Positions 1-9,717 of a DNA stretch of 31,986 bases are shown in pieces. Origin of the DNA: Promethearchaeia archaeon. Lineage in GTDB: Archaea > Asgardarchaeota > Lokiarchaeia > Sigyniarchaeales > SOKP01. The translations under genes were made by a program, and so were the position numbers. The stretch's first letter is position 1. Each line of letters begins with the position of its first letter. A model generated the notes under the pieces. That model worked only from the letters and a program-made list of their open reading frames with translations, was not told the DNA's origin and did no database searches. Location: the NCBI GenBank assembly GCA_029856105.1, contig JAHQWH010000114.1, positions 1-31,986 of the forward strand, read 5' to 3'.

Positions 1-288
1 CTACTTAAGGCTAAAAATCTTGATATTAATCAAATTCGAGAAGAAATTAAAGAATCGCCAAAAATCAAAACAACAACAAAAAAACCTAAAGCAACGACAA
101 AACCTAAAGCTACAACAAAACCTAAAAAACCAGATATTAAAAAAAAACCCGAACCTGATCGAAAAGATCAAACTCTAAGTGACGAGGATTTAAGGGCATT
201 ATACGAAAAAGACACTGGAAAAAACGCAGAGTGGCGAGGAAAGCTCACAAAAGGATATTTAGAATGGAAAAAAGAAAAATTAGGATAG
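1..288 (+). CDS. 3' end of a gene truncated by the window, by gene order probably RNA polymerase subunit Rpo1N (A'); Lys/Pro/Thr-rich tail plus short C-terminal module
   Basis: Frame 1 is open from base 1 to TAG at 286-288: LLKAKNLDINQIREEIKESPKIKTTTKKPKATTKPKATTKPKKPDIKKKPEPDRKDQTLSDEDLRALYEKDTGKNAEWRGKLTKGYLEWKKEKLG. Not in the ORF track. Identity rests only on its position directly before rpo1C. Confidence 0.6.
   Translation, partial: LLKAKNLDINQIREEIKESPKIKTTTKKPKATTKPKATTKPKKPDIKKKPEPDRKDQTLSDEDLRALYEKDTGKNAEWRGKLTKGYLEWKKEKLG
82..126 (+). repeat. In-frame 18-bp tandem repeat, 2.5 copies, encoding KPKATT
   Basis: AAACCTAAAGCAACGACA AAACCTAAAGCTACAACA AAACCTAAA. Confidence 0.85.
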
Positions 289-296
289 ATTTTTAA

Positions 297-1511
<1,215 letters not shown>

Positions 1512-1599
1512 GGGAACAAGCGAAAAAATTTTATATTATTATGAATTAATTTTATTACTTTATTATTGATAACTAAAACGAATACTATTTGTAAAGACG

Positions 1600-1977
1600 A
1601 TGGCAAGGAAAAGCAAAAAGATGATCGAATCACTTGATTTATCTCGAAAGAAAGAAAAGGTATTTGATGTTGATAACAATATTAAAGTTGCATATAAAAC
1701 AGGTAAATTGATATTTGGTAAATCCCAAGTTCTTAATCAACTAAGACAAAAACCCTTTAAGATGCTTATCATCGCTAACAACTGTCCGGCCGAATTAGAC
1801 GCTCAATTAAGTCATTATAACTCTCTTATGAACGACATTCTCTTCATTCACAGATATCATGGTTCTTCGTGGGAGTTAGGTATAGCAATGGGCAAACCTT
1901 ATATGATCTCTATTATTGGAATCAACGATTTTGGAGATTCAGACTTATTATCTTTAAAAACCAAAAGTAATCAATAA
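1600..1977 (+). CDS. rpl30e: 50S ribosomal protein L30e (eL30)
   Basis: KTGKLIFG, IIANNCP, GSSWELGIAMGKPY, GDSDLL; canonical position between rpo1C and nusA. Confidence 0.95.
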   Translation: MARKSKKMIESLDLSRKKEKVFDVDNNIKVAYKTGKLIFGKSQVLNQLRQKPFKMLIIANNCPAELDAQLSHYNSLMNDILFIHRYHGSSWELGIAMGKPYMISIIGINDFGDSDLLSLKTKSNQ

Positions 1978-1996
1978 ATACGTGGAATATTAAAAT

Positions 1997-2470
1997 ATGT
2001 TACACAAAAGAATCAAATTAGATCGTCAATCAATGGAATTAATGTCTCTGTTTAATAATATCTCTGGTGCTATTATTAAAGATTGTTTAATATTTGAATC
2101 TCCAGAAAATAATACTGAGATAATCATTTTCTTAGTTAAAAAAGAAGATGTAGGGAAAGCAATTGGTAAAGCTGGAGAACATGTGAAGGATCTCATGGCT
2201 AAACTTCAAAAGAAGATCGATGTAATCCCTTGGTCGGAAAATCTCGAGCAATTCATTCAATTTATTTTAAATACTACTAAGAATTCAATTCAAGTTCAAA
2301 ATATTGAAATTAAGGCAAGTAGAAACGAAAAGAAAACCGTGATTATTTCCGTGCGACCTCAAGATCGTGGAAAAGCAATAGGTAAAGAAGGTTCCATGAT
2401 ACGAAAAATAAAATTACTTGTCTTACGCCACTTTGAAGTTGACAATGTAATAGTCAACACAAAAAATTAA
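1997..2470 (+). CDS. nusA: Archaeal NusA-like KH-domain transcription factor
   Basis: Two KH motifs (GKAIGKAG, GKAIGKEG); canonical operon position. Confidence 0.95.
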   Translation: MLHKRIKLDRQSMELMSLFNNISGAIIKDCLIFESPENNTEIIIFLVKKEDVGKAIGKAGEHVKDLMAKLQKKIDVIPWSENLEQFIQFILNTTKNSIQVQNIEIKASRNEKKTVIISVRPQDRGKAIGKEGSMIRKIKLLVLRHFEVDNVIVNTKN

Positions 2471-2574
2471 ATACCTAATTCTCTAAATTCAAAAATTTTA
2501 AGTTTAAAGAGATATTTTAATCTTTAGATTAGAATAATTTCTAATATATAAAAAATAAAATATAAAAGATTCTT

Positions 2575-3009
2575 ATGTCAAAGCCAAAAGGATTATACGC
2601 TGCAAGAAAACTAAGGAATAACAGAAAAAAGCTGCGGTGGAGCAAAACAAAGTATAAAAGAAAGAAACTTAAATTAAAACAGAAAGTAGATCCCATGGAA
2701 GGGGCACCACAAGCTCTCGGTATCGTACTACAAAAAGTAGGACGAGAAAGCAAACAACCTAACTCTGCTATTCGAAAGTGCGTACGCGTTCAGTTGAAAA
2801 AGAATGGCAAAACTATAACTGCGTTTCTTCCTGGAGATGGGGCTCTGAACTTCATTGACGAACATGATAGGGTGATTGTGGAAGGGATTGGTGGTGCAAA
2901 GGGCCGTGCAGTAGGCGACCTCCCCGGAGTACGATGGCGGGTTGTGAAAGTAAACGGTGTATCACTACACGCTTTGATTGCCGGCAAAGTAGAAAAACCA
3001 ATGCGATAG
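2575..3009 (+). CDS. rps12: 30S ribosomal protein S12 (uS12)
   Basis: [23 protein letters not shown]. Confidence 0.98.
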   Translation: MSKPKGLYAARKLRNNRKKLRWSKTKYKRKKLKLKQKVDPMEGAPQALGIVLQKVGRESKQPNSAIRKCVRVQLKKNGKTITAFLPGDGALNFIDEHDRVIVEGIGGAKGRAVGDLPGVRWRVVKVNGVSLHALIAGKVEKPMR

Positions 3010-3019
3010 GTGAATTAAC

Positions 3020-3637
3020 TTGAGTAAAACAAAAAAAGATATTAAATTATTTAATAAATGGTCGTTTAACAACATTGAAATTAAAGATTGGACACTTGAA
3101 CATTACATAAACTTAAGACCTGTTATCATTCCACACACTGCGGGAAAGCATGAACATAAGCGCTTTTGGAAAACTACTAAAATATCCATTGTTGAACGAT
3201 TTGTAAACAGATTACTAGCACCCGGATTTATTGGTAGTAAAATTAAAGGGCATAAGAGCTCGTATAGCTCAGGAAAAAAAAGTAAACTTTTAAGGAGTTT
3301 AGAAGATGCGTTTACTTTGATAGAGTTGAATACAGGCGTGAATCCTATCCAAATTTTAGTTGAAGCGATTTGCAATTCGGCTCCAAGAGAAGAAACGACA
3401 AAGATTGCTCGAGGTGGGATTTCTTATGCATCTGCTGTTGATATATCGCCACAGCGCCGAGTAGATTTAGCAATTAAATATTTAGTACAAGCTATTGGCG
3501 TTAGATCTCACTCAAACGAACGACAATTTGCAGCGAATTTGGCTCAAGAATTAATATTAGCTTCCAACGATAGTCAAGAATCAAGGGCAGTAAAAAGAAA
3601 AGAAGAAATTGAAAGGATAGCAGTATCAGCACGCTAA
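3020..3637 (+). CDS. rps7: 30S ribosomal protein S7 (uS7)
   Basis: NPIQILVEAI, APREETT, VDISPQRRVD, EEIERIAVSAR; TTG start with AGGTGA SD-like motif upstream. Confidence 0.97.
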   Translation: MSKTKKDIKLFNKWSFNNIEIKDWTLEHYINLRPVIIPHTAGKHEHKRFWKTTKISIVERFVNRLLAPGFIGSKIKGHKSSYSSGKKSKLLRSLEDAFTLIELNTGVNPIQILVEAICNSAPREETTKIARGGISYASAVDISPQRRVDLAIKYLVQAIGVRSHSNERQFAANLAQELILASNDSQESRAVKRKEEIERIAVSAR

Positions 3638-3921
3638 AAAACCTTCAATTTGAAAAATTATTTTGTACTCTTTTTATAAGTTATTTATTACATGCTTGAT
3701 TTCATCAAAATCACTTCTCTATATACTAAAATAATTATAAATCCTCTTTAAAGAATCAGAACAAGAAATTCTTTTGGAAAATTAAAAATTATATCGTATT
3801 TTATCACCTACATAATATCTATTCTCATTTTGGTCTGTAAAATTCCTAATTTTTATATACCTCTTAAGTATAATATTTAGTTAAGCAGAAATAATGATAT
3901 TCAAGATTTATTGAACTTAAA

Positions 3922-5919
3922 GTGGATTCCGACAAAAATATTGATGTTCTAGAGAAACAGCTAAAGATACTAGGTCAAAAAATAAGAATTGACATTTTGA
4001 AAAAATTACATGTCTGTCGTAATCCTTTATCTTATTCAATGCTTCAAAAAGAAGTTTTAGGTGCAAATCCAAACTCAGTTAATTTCTCTTTTCATTTAAA
4101 AGCGCTAAAAAATGGTAATTTAATATCAACTTCCGAGAGTGGTTATACTTTAAGCACGTTAGGGAAACAAATTTTAAAAAATATCGTATCGATGGAACAA
4201 ATCCTCCACGATCAAAACAAACAAATTATGATAAGGACTTCTAAATACTCGAAAGAGCCTTTTAATGCGACCAAAATCGAAGATTACTTGATTAAGGAAG
4301 GACAGTTAGAGAAATATTTAGCAATACAAATATCAAAGGAAGTAAAAGAGCGACTTTCTAAGGCTAATATTGGATACTTAACAACACCCTTAATGAGGGA
4401 ATATATTAACGCAATTCTATTAGAAAATGGGCTAGAAGAAATAAGGCATAAATTAACTCGATTAGGGACTCCTCCTTTTGAAGCCTTCAGTTTTTTTGAT
4501 AGAAACTTCAACCCCGAACAGTTTATATCTAAGTTAGGATCCGATGTGTCTGAACAATTTCTTTTATTAAATTTACTCCCTAAAAACTTAGCGGACTTGT
4601 ACTTATCAGGAGAGATAGCTTTGTTGAACTTAAATTATTGGAGTTTAAGACCCTTAGGGTTCTATCTTGATTCAAATTCAATCGTAGAGTATATCACCAA
4701 GCATTCTTCGATTAATCTTAATAAACTGGATAATAATGCAGACTTTATTAATTTAATAATGAATTTTTTCGATATTTTAACAAAATTCAAGCCTTATTTT
4801 TCTGAAGATCTCTTATTAGGCAATTTTAATAATTCCTTTTTATCTTATTTTAATTCTAACAAAAATACATCAAATAGTCTTAATATCATAATATCCCAAA
4901 TTTTAAAACTCAACAATAGGCAATACGACGAGAAGCCTCACCTTTCTTTAGAATTCTCTTTTTTGGATAATAATAAACAGAATAATGCAGAAAATTCGAA
5001 GACTCATTTTTACAACAACTTTTTAGAGAATTTAATCTCCCAAATCAACCAAAATAATAACCTTATATGTCCCTTAATGCTTTACGATTATTCCGACTTT
5101 CTTAGCTCTAAAAGCGAGTCTGAGAATTTAATAAAAGTTCTCGCTTCAAGTTATCGTAATAATGTTATTTTCTATAAGAACAATCGTTCAAATTTGCTCA
5201 ATTCAACGCTCACAAATGTTCACAAGCTAAATAAGAGCGGCGAAAAAAGAAATAAAATCGTTTTAGACAAAATTCTGATAAATTTACACATGATTGCTAA
5301 AAAATCTAAACAAAACGATGATATTTTTTTCGAAATTTTGCACGAAAAGCTAGATTCTGTGTTTGAATTCTTTGTTAGTAAAAAAAAATTAGTAGATAGA
5401 AAATTAAAATCTTCAAATCATTGGAAGAAAATAATTTCCGAATTTTTTGAGCCAAAAAATGGTGATTGGATTGACGAATCTTTAAAATCCATTAGTTTTT
5501 ATGGTTTAAATGAAGCTGTAAAAACGCATTGTGGTATTGAAATAGATAGAAACGTAAGTAGCGAGGTTTTTGCCCAAAAAGTATTAAATTTTATGATAGA
5601 TATTGTTGATGAAAAAAATCAACTAGAGCATGGAAACTATATTTTAACTCAACCTCATAATGTTAATTACTTATGTAACAAAGGATATAATAATAAACTT
5701 AGTTTAGGAGATGAAACTAAACGTTACAACATAGATTTGATTAGAGCTGATTCAAAATTATCACTTGAGAGAAAGATTGAACTTCATAAGAAATTCGAAA
5801 AAATTATAGACGGAGGGAGCATTTTTACATGCAAATCAAATAACTTACATTTGCTTGAACTTATTGAAGTTTTAATAAATTCTAAATTAAACGCGTTTTC
5901 AATTAGAGCTGAAATTTAA
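3922..5919 (+). CDS. ArsR-like winged HTH + ATP-cone + degenerate class III ribonucleotide reductase (NrdD)-like barrel; probably non-catalytic
   Basis: N-terminal LKILGQKIRIDILKKL...FSFHLKALK...GYTLSTLG (wHTH). IRTSKYSKEPFN...LTTPLMREYINAILLENGLEEIRHKLTRLG is an archaeal NrdD-type ATP cone. NrdD-like segments LSGEIALLNLNYWSLRP, INLHMIA, SISFYGLNEAV and KFEKIIDGG follow. No C-terminal Zn cysteines or glycyl-radical motif. Confidence 0.8.
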   Translation: MDSDKNIDVLEKQLKILGQKIRIDILKKLHVCRNPLSYSMLQKEVLGANPNSVNFSFHLKALKNGNLISTSESGYTLSTLGKQILKNIVSMEQILHDQNKQIMIRTSKYSKEPFNATKIEDYLIKEGQLEKYLAIQISKEVKERLSKANIGYLTTPLMREYINAILLENGLEEIRHKLTRLGTPPFEAFSFFDRNFNPEQFISKLGSDVSEQFLLLNLLPKNLADLYLSGEIALLNLNYWSLRPLGFYLDSNSIVEYITKHSSINLNKLDNNADFINLIMNFFDILTKFKPYFSEDLLLGNFNNSFLSYFNSNKNTSNSLNIIISQILKLNNRQYDEKPHLSLEFSFLDNNKQNNAENSKTHFYNNFLENLISQINQNNNLICPLMLYDYSDFLSSKSESENLIKVLASSYRNNVIFYKNNRSNLLNSTLTNVHKLNKSGEKRNKIVLDKILINLHMIAKKSKQNDDIFFEILHEKLDSVFEFFVSKKKLVDRKLKSSNHWKKIISEFFEPKNGDWIDESLKSISFYGLNEAVKTHCGIEIDRNVSSEVFAQKVLNFMIDIVDEKNQLEHGNYILTQPHNVNYLCNKGYNNKLSLGDETKRYNIDLIRADSKLSLERKIELHKKFEKIIDGGSIFTCKSNNLHLLELIEVLINSKLNAFSIRAEI

Positions 5920-5933
5920 TTGTTTACTACGAT

Positions 5934-6857
5934 TTAATCTGATAAAAGTTCTGCTAAAATCGCCTTTCTCATAGGAATTCCATAGTATGTTTGTTTGAAG
6001 TAAATCGCTTTTGGTGAATCATCAATATCAGGAGAAATTTCTGTGACTCTGGGTAGAGGATGCATAATTTTAAAATCGTCTTTAGTTTCCTTTAGATCTT
6101 TTTTTGTAAAGACATATATATTTTTAATTCTATCATATTCTTCAACGTCGGCAAACCTCTCTTTCTGAATTCTAGTAATGTAGAGAACGTCCAAAACATT
6201 TAAGATATCTCGATATTTTTCAATTTCTTTATATTTTGCTTGTCGTTGCTGTAAGAAATCCCTATCTCTTTTTCGCATCATTAACTCTTTAGGACTTATA
6301 AAATAGACATTTACATCATAATTTGAAAGCAATATCGACAGAGAATGAACTGTCCTTCCAAATTTTAGGTCGCCCATTATCCCAATATTTAAACCGTCTA
6401 GCTTACGACCCTCTTCGGTAATCGTTAATAAATCTAACAAAGCTTGAGTTGGGTGCTCACCGCTCCCTGATCCCGCGTTTATAATTGGTATCTTTGCAAA
6501 TTTTGAGGCAAGTCTTGCTGATCCTTCTAAATTATGTCTCATGACAATGCCATCGCAATAATTTTCTACGGTTCGAATGGTGTCTGCGATGCTTTCTCCT
6601 TTCTTTGTAGAAGAGACATCACCAGAATGGAAGCCAATTACGCTCCCACCTAACCGATGCATTGCTGATTCAAAACTTAAACGAGTCCTAGTTGAGGGTT
6701 CAAAAAATAAAGTCGCTAAAATTTTGCCCTTAAGGAGTTCTGAATTTTTCTTATTTTGAATCATTTCCTTGCCTTTTTTTAAAATATAATCGATATCTTC
6801 TCGCGATAAATCTTTTGCTGATATGATTCCTTCCCTAAATTTCTCTTTGAATGACAT
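5934..6857 (-). CDS. pyrB: Aspartate carbamoyltransferase catalytic subunit
   Basis: FFEPSTRTRLSF, EHPTQALLD, GDLKFGRTVHSL, MHPLPR; ATG at 6857 preferred over TTG at 6869. Confidence 0.98.
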   Translation of the reverse strand: MSFKEKFREGIISAKDLSREDIDYILKKGKEMIQNKKNSELLKGKILATLFFEPSTRTRLSFESAMHRLGGSVIGFHSGDVSSTKKGESIADTIRTVENYCDGIVMRHNLEGSARLASKFAKIPIINAGSGSGEHPTQALLDLLTITEEGRKLDGLNIGIMGDLKFGRTVHSLSILLSNYDVNVYFISPKELMMRKRDRDFLQQRQAKYKEIEKYRDILNVLDVLYITRIQKERFADVEEYDRIKNIYVFTKKDLKETKDDFKIMHPLPRVTEISPDIDDSPKAIYFKQTYYGIPMRKAILAELLSD

Positions 6858-7005
6858 AATTCTTAACAAAAGTTTTAATAAAATTAGGTTATTACTACTT
6901 AAATTATTTTTTATCTATAATATAAAAGAGTTATACAGAACTAATAAAATTTAAAATTTATAAATAATTAATTAGTTTAATTTAAAATTTGTAGTTGTTT
7001 GAAAA

Positions 7006-7287
7006 ATGAAATTTCCACGTACGGTAAATCGGTATTGCCCAAAATGTCGCTCTCATACAACGCATAATGTGTCACTATATAAAAAGGGGAAGGAAAGAGC
7101 GATGAACCATGGACGAAGACGCTTAGAAAGAAAGAAAAAAGGCTACGGCAGCTTTCCTAAAGAAATATTTCATAAAAACGCAAAAATAAATAAAAGATCT
7201 CTGCCAATATTAGAATGCTCTGAATGTGGTAAAAAGCAATATTCAAAATCATACCGCGTAAAAAAATTCGAATTACAAGAAGTATAA
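7006..7287 (+). CDS. rpl44e: 50S ribosomal protein L44e (eL42)
   Basis: RYCPKCRSHTTH...KKGK...GYG...LECSECGK zinc ribbon. Confidence 0.96.
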   Translation: MKFPRTVNRYCPKCRSHTTHNVSLYKKGKERAMNHGRRRLERKKKGYGSFPKEIFHKNAKINKRSLPILECSECGKKQYSKSYRVKKFELQEV

Positions 7288-7301
7288 AAATGTGAAAAAT
7301 T

Positions 7302-7508
7302 ATGCCAAAGAAAAAAAGACCAGATGATTTAATTCCCTATCCAAAAAGTAGGTTTTTGCGTGTAAAATGCTTAAATTGTGGCAATCAGCAAATAATTTTT
7401 GGGTGTTCTGCTACAGATGTGGAATGTTTAGTATGCGGAAAAATATTGCTTCAATCTACTGGTGGTAAAGCACGAATTCTAACGAAGATTTTAGAAGTGC
7501 TTTCCTAA
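7302..7508 (+). CDS. rps27e: 30S ribosomal protein S27e
   Basis: [20 protein letters not shown]...CLVCG...TGGKA. Confidence 0.97.
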   Translation: MPKKKRPDDLIPYPKSRFLRVKCLNCGNQQIIFGCSATDVECLVCGKILLQSTGGKARILTKILEVLS

Positions 7509-7674
7509 GTAAGATAAATTCTATAATCCTAATACAATACTTTTGATGAAAGGATTGTTTCATCAGCAAGATAATCTCTTTTAATATTATATTAGTTTCT
7601 CTAAAAATATTCAATAGAAAATCTTTTATGTTAATTTCTATTTTTAACATCAATAATTATTAAGTTGTATTATA

Positions 7675-8628
7675 ATGATTAACATTTTTAATGAACAATT
7701 TGACGAGGATATCGAAATCGGTGAATTAGCTAATTTTATTTACAGAGTAAGAAAAGATAATAATTTCTTAGGAGATCAAACTATAGAATCAATAAAAGAA
7801 GAGTTAATTAAAACAAGGGATTCATATGATTTTCTCCTATTTTATGCCTATATTAATGCTAGGTTAGTAGGATTACTTCTCTTAAATATAAACACTCCTA
7901 GATTTGGATTTATTTGGGATTGGTATCCATATGTGATACCAGGACCTAAAGAAGATTTAGTAGCAATTGAATTAATAAAGAATTGTATCGATTATGCTGG
8001 TAGAGATATTGATCGATTCGAAGTCGCTTTTACAATTGAGACAGAACAAGATAAGACGCGATATATTCAATATTCTAAATGGTTTGAAGCATTAAATTTT
8101 TATCGAATAGCAGAAGAAGCGGCTATGGAATTAACTCTGGAAAATAAAGAATTTGAACCTCTTCCGTTTCCTGAAAATATTGATCTTAAATCAATTAAAG
8201 ATGCTGATTTGAACGATTTAGTCGATTGTGCCTATGAAGTATTTAACACAAGCCAAGATACAATATTTCTCGATCTTGATGAAGTACAGAAACAAGTTAT
8301 GGTAAATAAATATTTTGATAAATCTAAACCGATTTTTGAAGACGCTTCAGTAATCCTGATGAAAGGCGGAGACATTGTAGGATTTGTAGTAGTAAATCCT
8401 GATGGTAACGAAGCGGAAATAAGATCGTTCGGAATTAAACCCAAATATAGAAATAAGGGATTAGGAAAGAATCTATTGCTATTGAGTTTAAGCATTTTAA
8501 TGGAAAGTGGGTTTAAAGTGGCTTTCCTAGATGTTACAATAGAAAATAAACCTGCCCTTGCCCTTTATTCAAAAATGGGTTTTAAAATATCATCTACATC
8601 TAATTTATATGGATTAACCTGTGATTAA
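7675..8628 (+). CDS. GNAT family N-acetyltransferase, likely tandem GNAT domains
   Basis: C-terminal acetyl-CoA motif FGIKPKYRNKGLGKNLL and NKPALALYSKMGF; degenerate N-terminal domain. Confidence 0.88.
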   Translation: MINIFNEQFDEDIEIGELANFIYRVRKDNNFLGDQTIESIKEELIKTRDSYDFLLFYAYINARLVGLLLLNINTPRFGFIWDWYPYVIPGPKEDLVAIELIKNCIDYAGRDIDRFEVAFTIETEQDKTRYIQYSKWFEALNFYRIAEEAAMELTLENKEFEPLPFPENIDLKSIKDADLNDLVDCAYEVFNTSQDTIFLDLDEVQKQVMVNKYFDKSKPIFEDASVILMKGGDIVGFVVVNPDGNEAEIRSFGIKPKYRNKGLGKNLLLLSLSILMESGFKVAFLDVTIENKPALALYSKMGFKISSTSNLYGLTCD

Positions 8629-8668
8629 CATTAAAACAAAAGAAAAAAGAAAGGAAAATTGAACTTCA

Positions 8669-8702
8669 TTTTGTTCGTGAAACCACTCTTTCACGAATAA
8701 AA
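8669..8702. terminator. 14-bp-stem inverted repeat between convergent genes (putative terminator, RNA-stabilising hairpin or protein-binding site)
   Basis: TTTTGTTCGTGAAA-CCACTC-TTTCACGAATAAAA, with one G-T pair. Confidence 0.5.
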
Positions 8703-8705
8703 ATA

Positions 8706-9053
8706 TTAATATTCACGCCAAGTATATTTACACTTAACGCATCTAAAAAAAGAAGTACTTGGTTCGTCAGCACTTCGAGTTTGCTCTTGCCAAGCCTCGG
8801 CCTCTCTATGACCGCACTTTGGACAATCCTGTTTGACTTTTAGGTGGACAGTAATTTTATCTTCTTCTGAAACAATAATTAGATTATTTTCTAAAGCTTC
8901 TTTTTTTCTGTTAATCGTCTCATTAATTTCTTCTAGGTTTTGCTCTAATTCTTGTTGATAACCACACTTACAAACTAAAGTTGATTTTCCATCCAAAAAT
9001 TCTTTACGTAAAAGATTTGAACATTTCGGACAAAATTCGACCATTTTAATCAC
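8706..9053 (-). CDS. tfs: Transcription factor S (TFS; RpoM/TFIIS-like)
   Basis: FCPKC...CKCGY N-terminal ribbon; CPKCGH...QTRSADEPSTSFFRCVKCKYTWREY with intact acidic DE hairpin; real start may be the ATG three codons in. Confidence 0.95.
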   Translation of the reverse strand: MIKMVEFCPKCSNLLRKEFLDGKSTLVCKCGYQQELEQNLEEINETINRKKEALENNLIIVSEEDKITVHLKVKQDCPKCGHREAEAWQEQTRSADEPSTSFFRCVKCKYTWREY

Positions 9054-9220
9054 AGTTAAACTTATTATTGTTCCTTAACTTTTCTAATTAAGCATATCTA
9101 ATAAAATTTTTGCTTTTAAAAGATTAAATAATTTAAGAAATTAGAATTTAACTAATTCTAACAAGTTTACTATATTTATTATTGAAAATCAGAACCTATT
9201 TGGATAGTTTATAGTCAAAA

Positions 9221-9544
9221 TTAAACTAAATTTAACTCTTTTTTGATTTCGTACAGCTTTAGATAATATTCAAAGTTAAGATTACTCTTATCCTGTATAA
9301 TTTCTGCTTCTACTTCCTTTTCTCCTTCTAGCTTAAAGTTTAACTCACCAATAACATTAATTAGGTTATTTTTTTGAAAAGAATATTCAACTGCTTGTAT
9401 ATCGACTTTTATTTCTTCAGTTTTATCGTTCAAAATAATGTAGTCATTTTCAACGATATCCTTAACGTATCCCGTTATTTGAATTCGAATATCGGAGTTT
9501 TTTATATCTTTAATCGTCCTCTGAATTGCAGCGTCGCGAACCAT
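9221..9544 (-). CDS. Small OB-fold protein, replication protein A small-subunit (RPA14/RPA3)-like
   Basis: IQITGYV...ILNDKTEEIKV...INVIG...EAEIIQD...NFEYY pattern; divergent from PCNA. Confidence 0.65.
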   Translation of the reverse strand: MVRDAAIQRTIKDIKNSDIRIQITGYVKDIVENDYIILNDKTEEIKVDIQAVEYSFQKNNLINVIGELNFKLEGEKEVEAEIIQDKSNLNFEYYLKLYEIKKELNLV

Positions 9545-9717
9545 TTTATTAGGAATTTTTTTTTATTTATATAGATTTAAAAATTTATGGGGGCTATAAA
9601 TAATTAATTCAAAAATTACAAATAAGTATTATTAAAGGTCTAATACTGAATTTTATAAATATTGTCAATAAAACTATATTATTATAAATTAGCAATCAAT
9701 AAAAGTACAGATTAAAT

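Noticed and set aside
3922-5919. Calling this gene a functional nrdD
   Set aside because: The glycyl-radical loop and C-terminal Zn site are absent, so no gene symbol was assigned.
9141-9161. TTAGAATT-N5-AATTCTAA palindrome upstream of tfs
   Set aside because: Almost all A/T in very AT-rich DNA, so plausible by chance.
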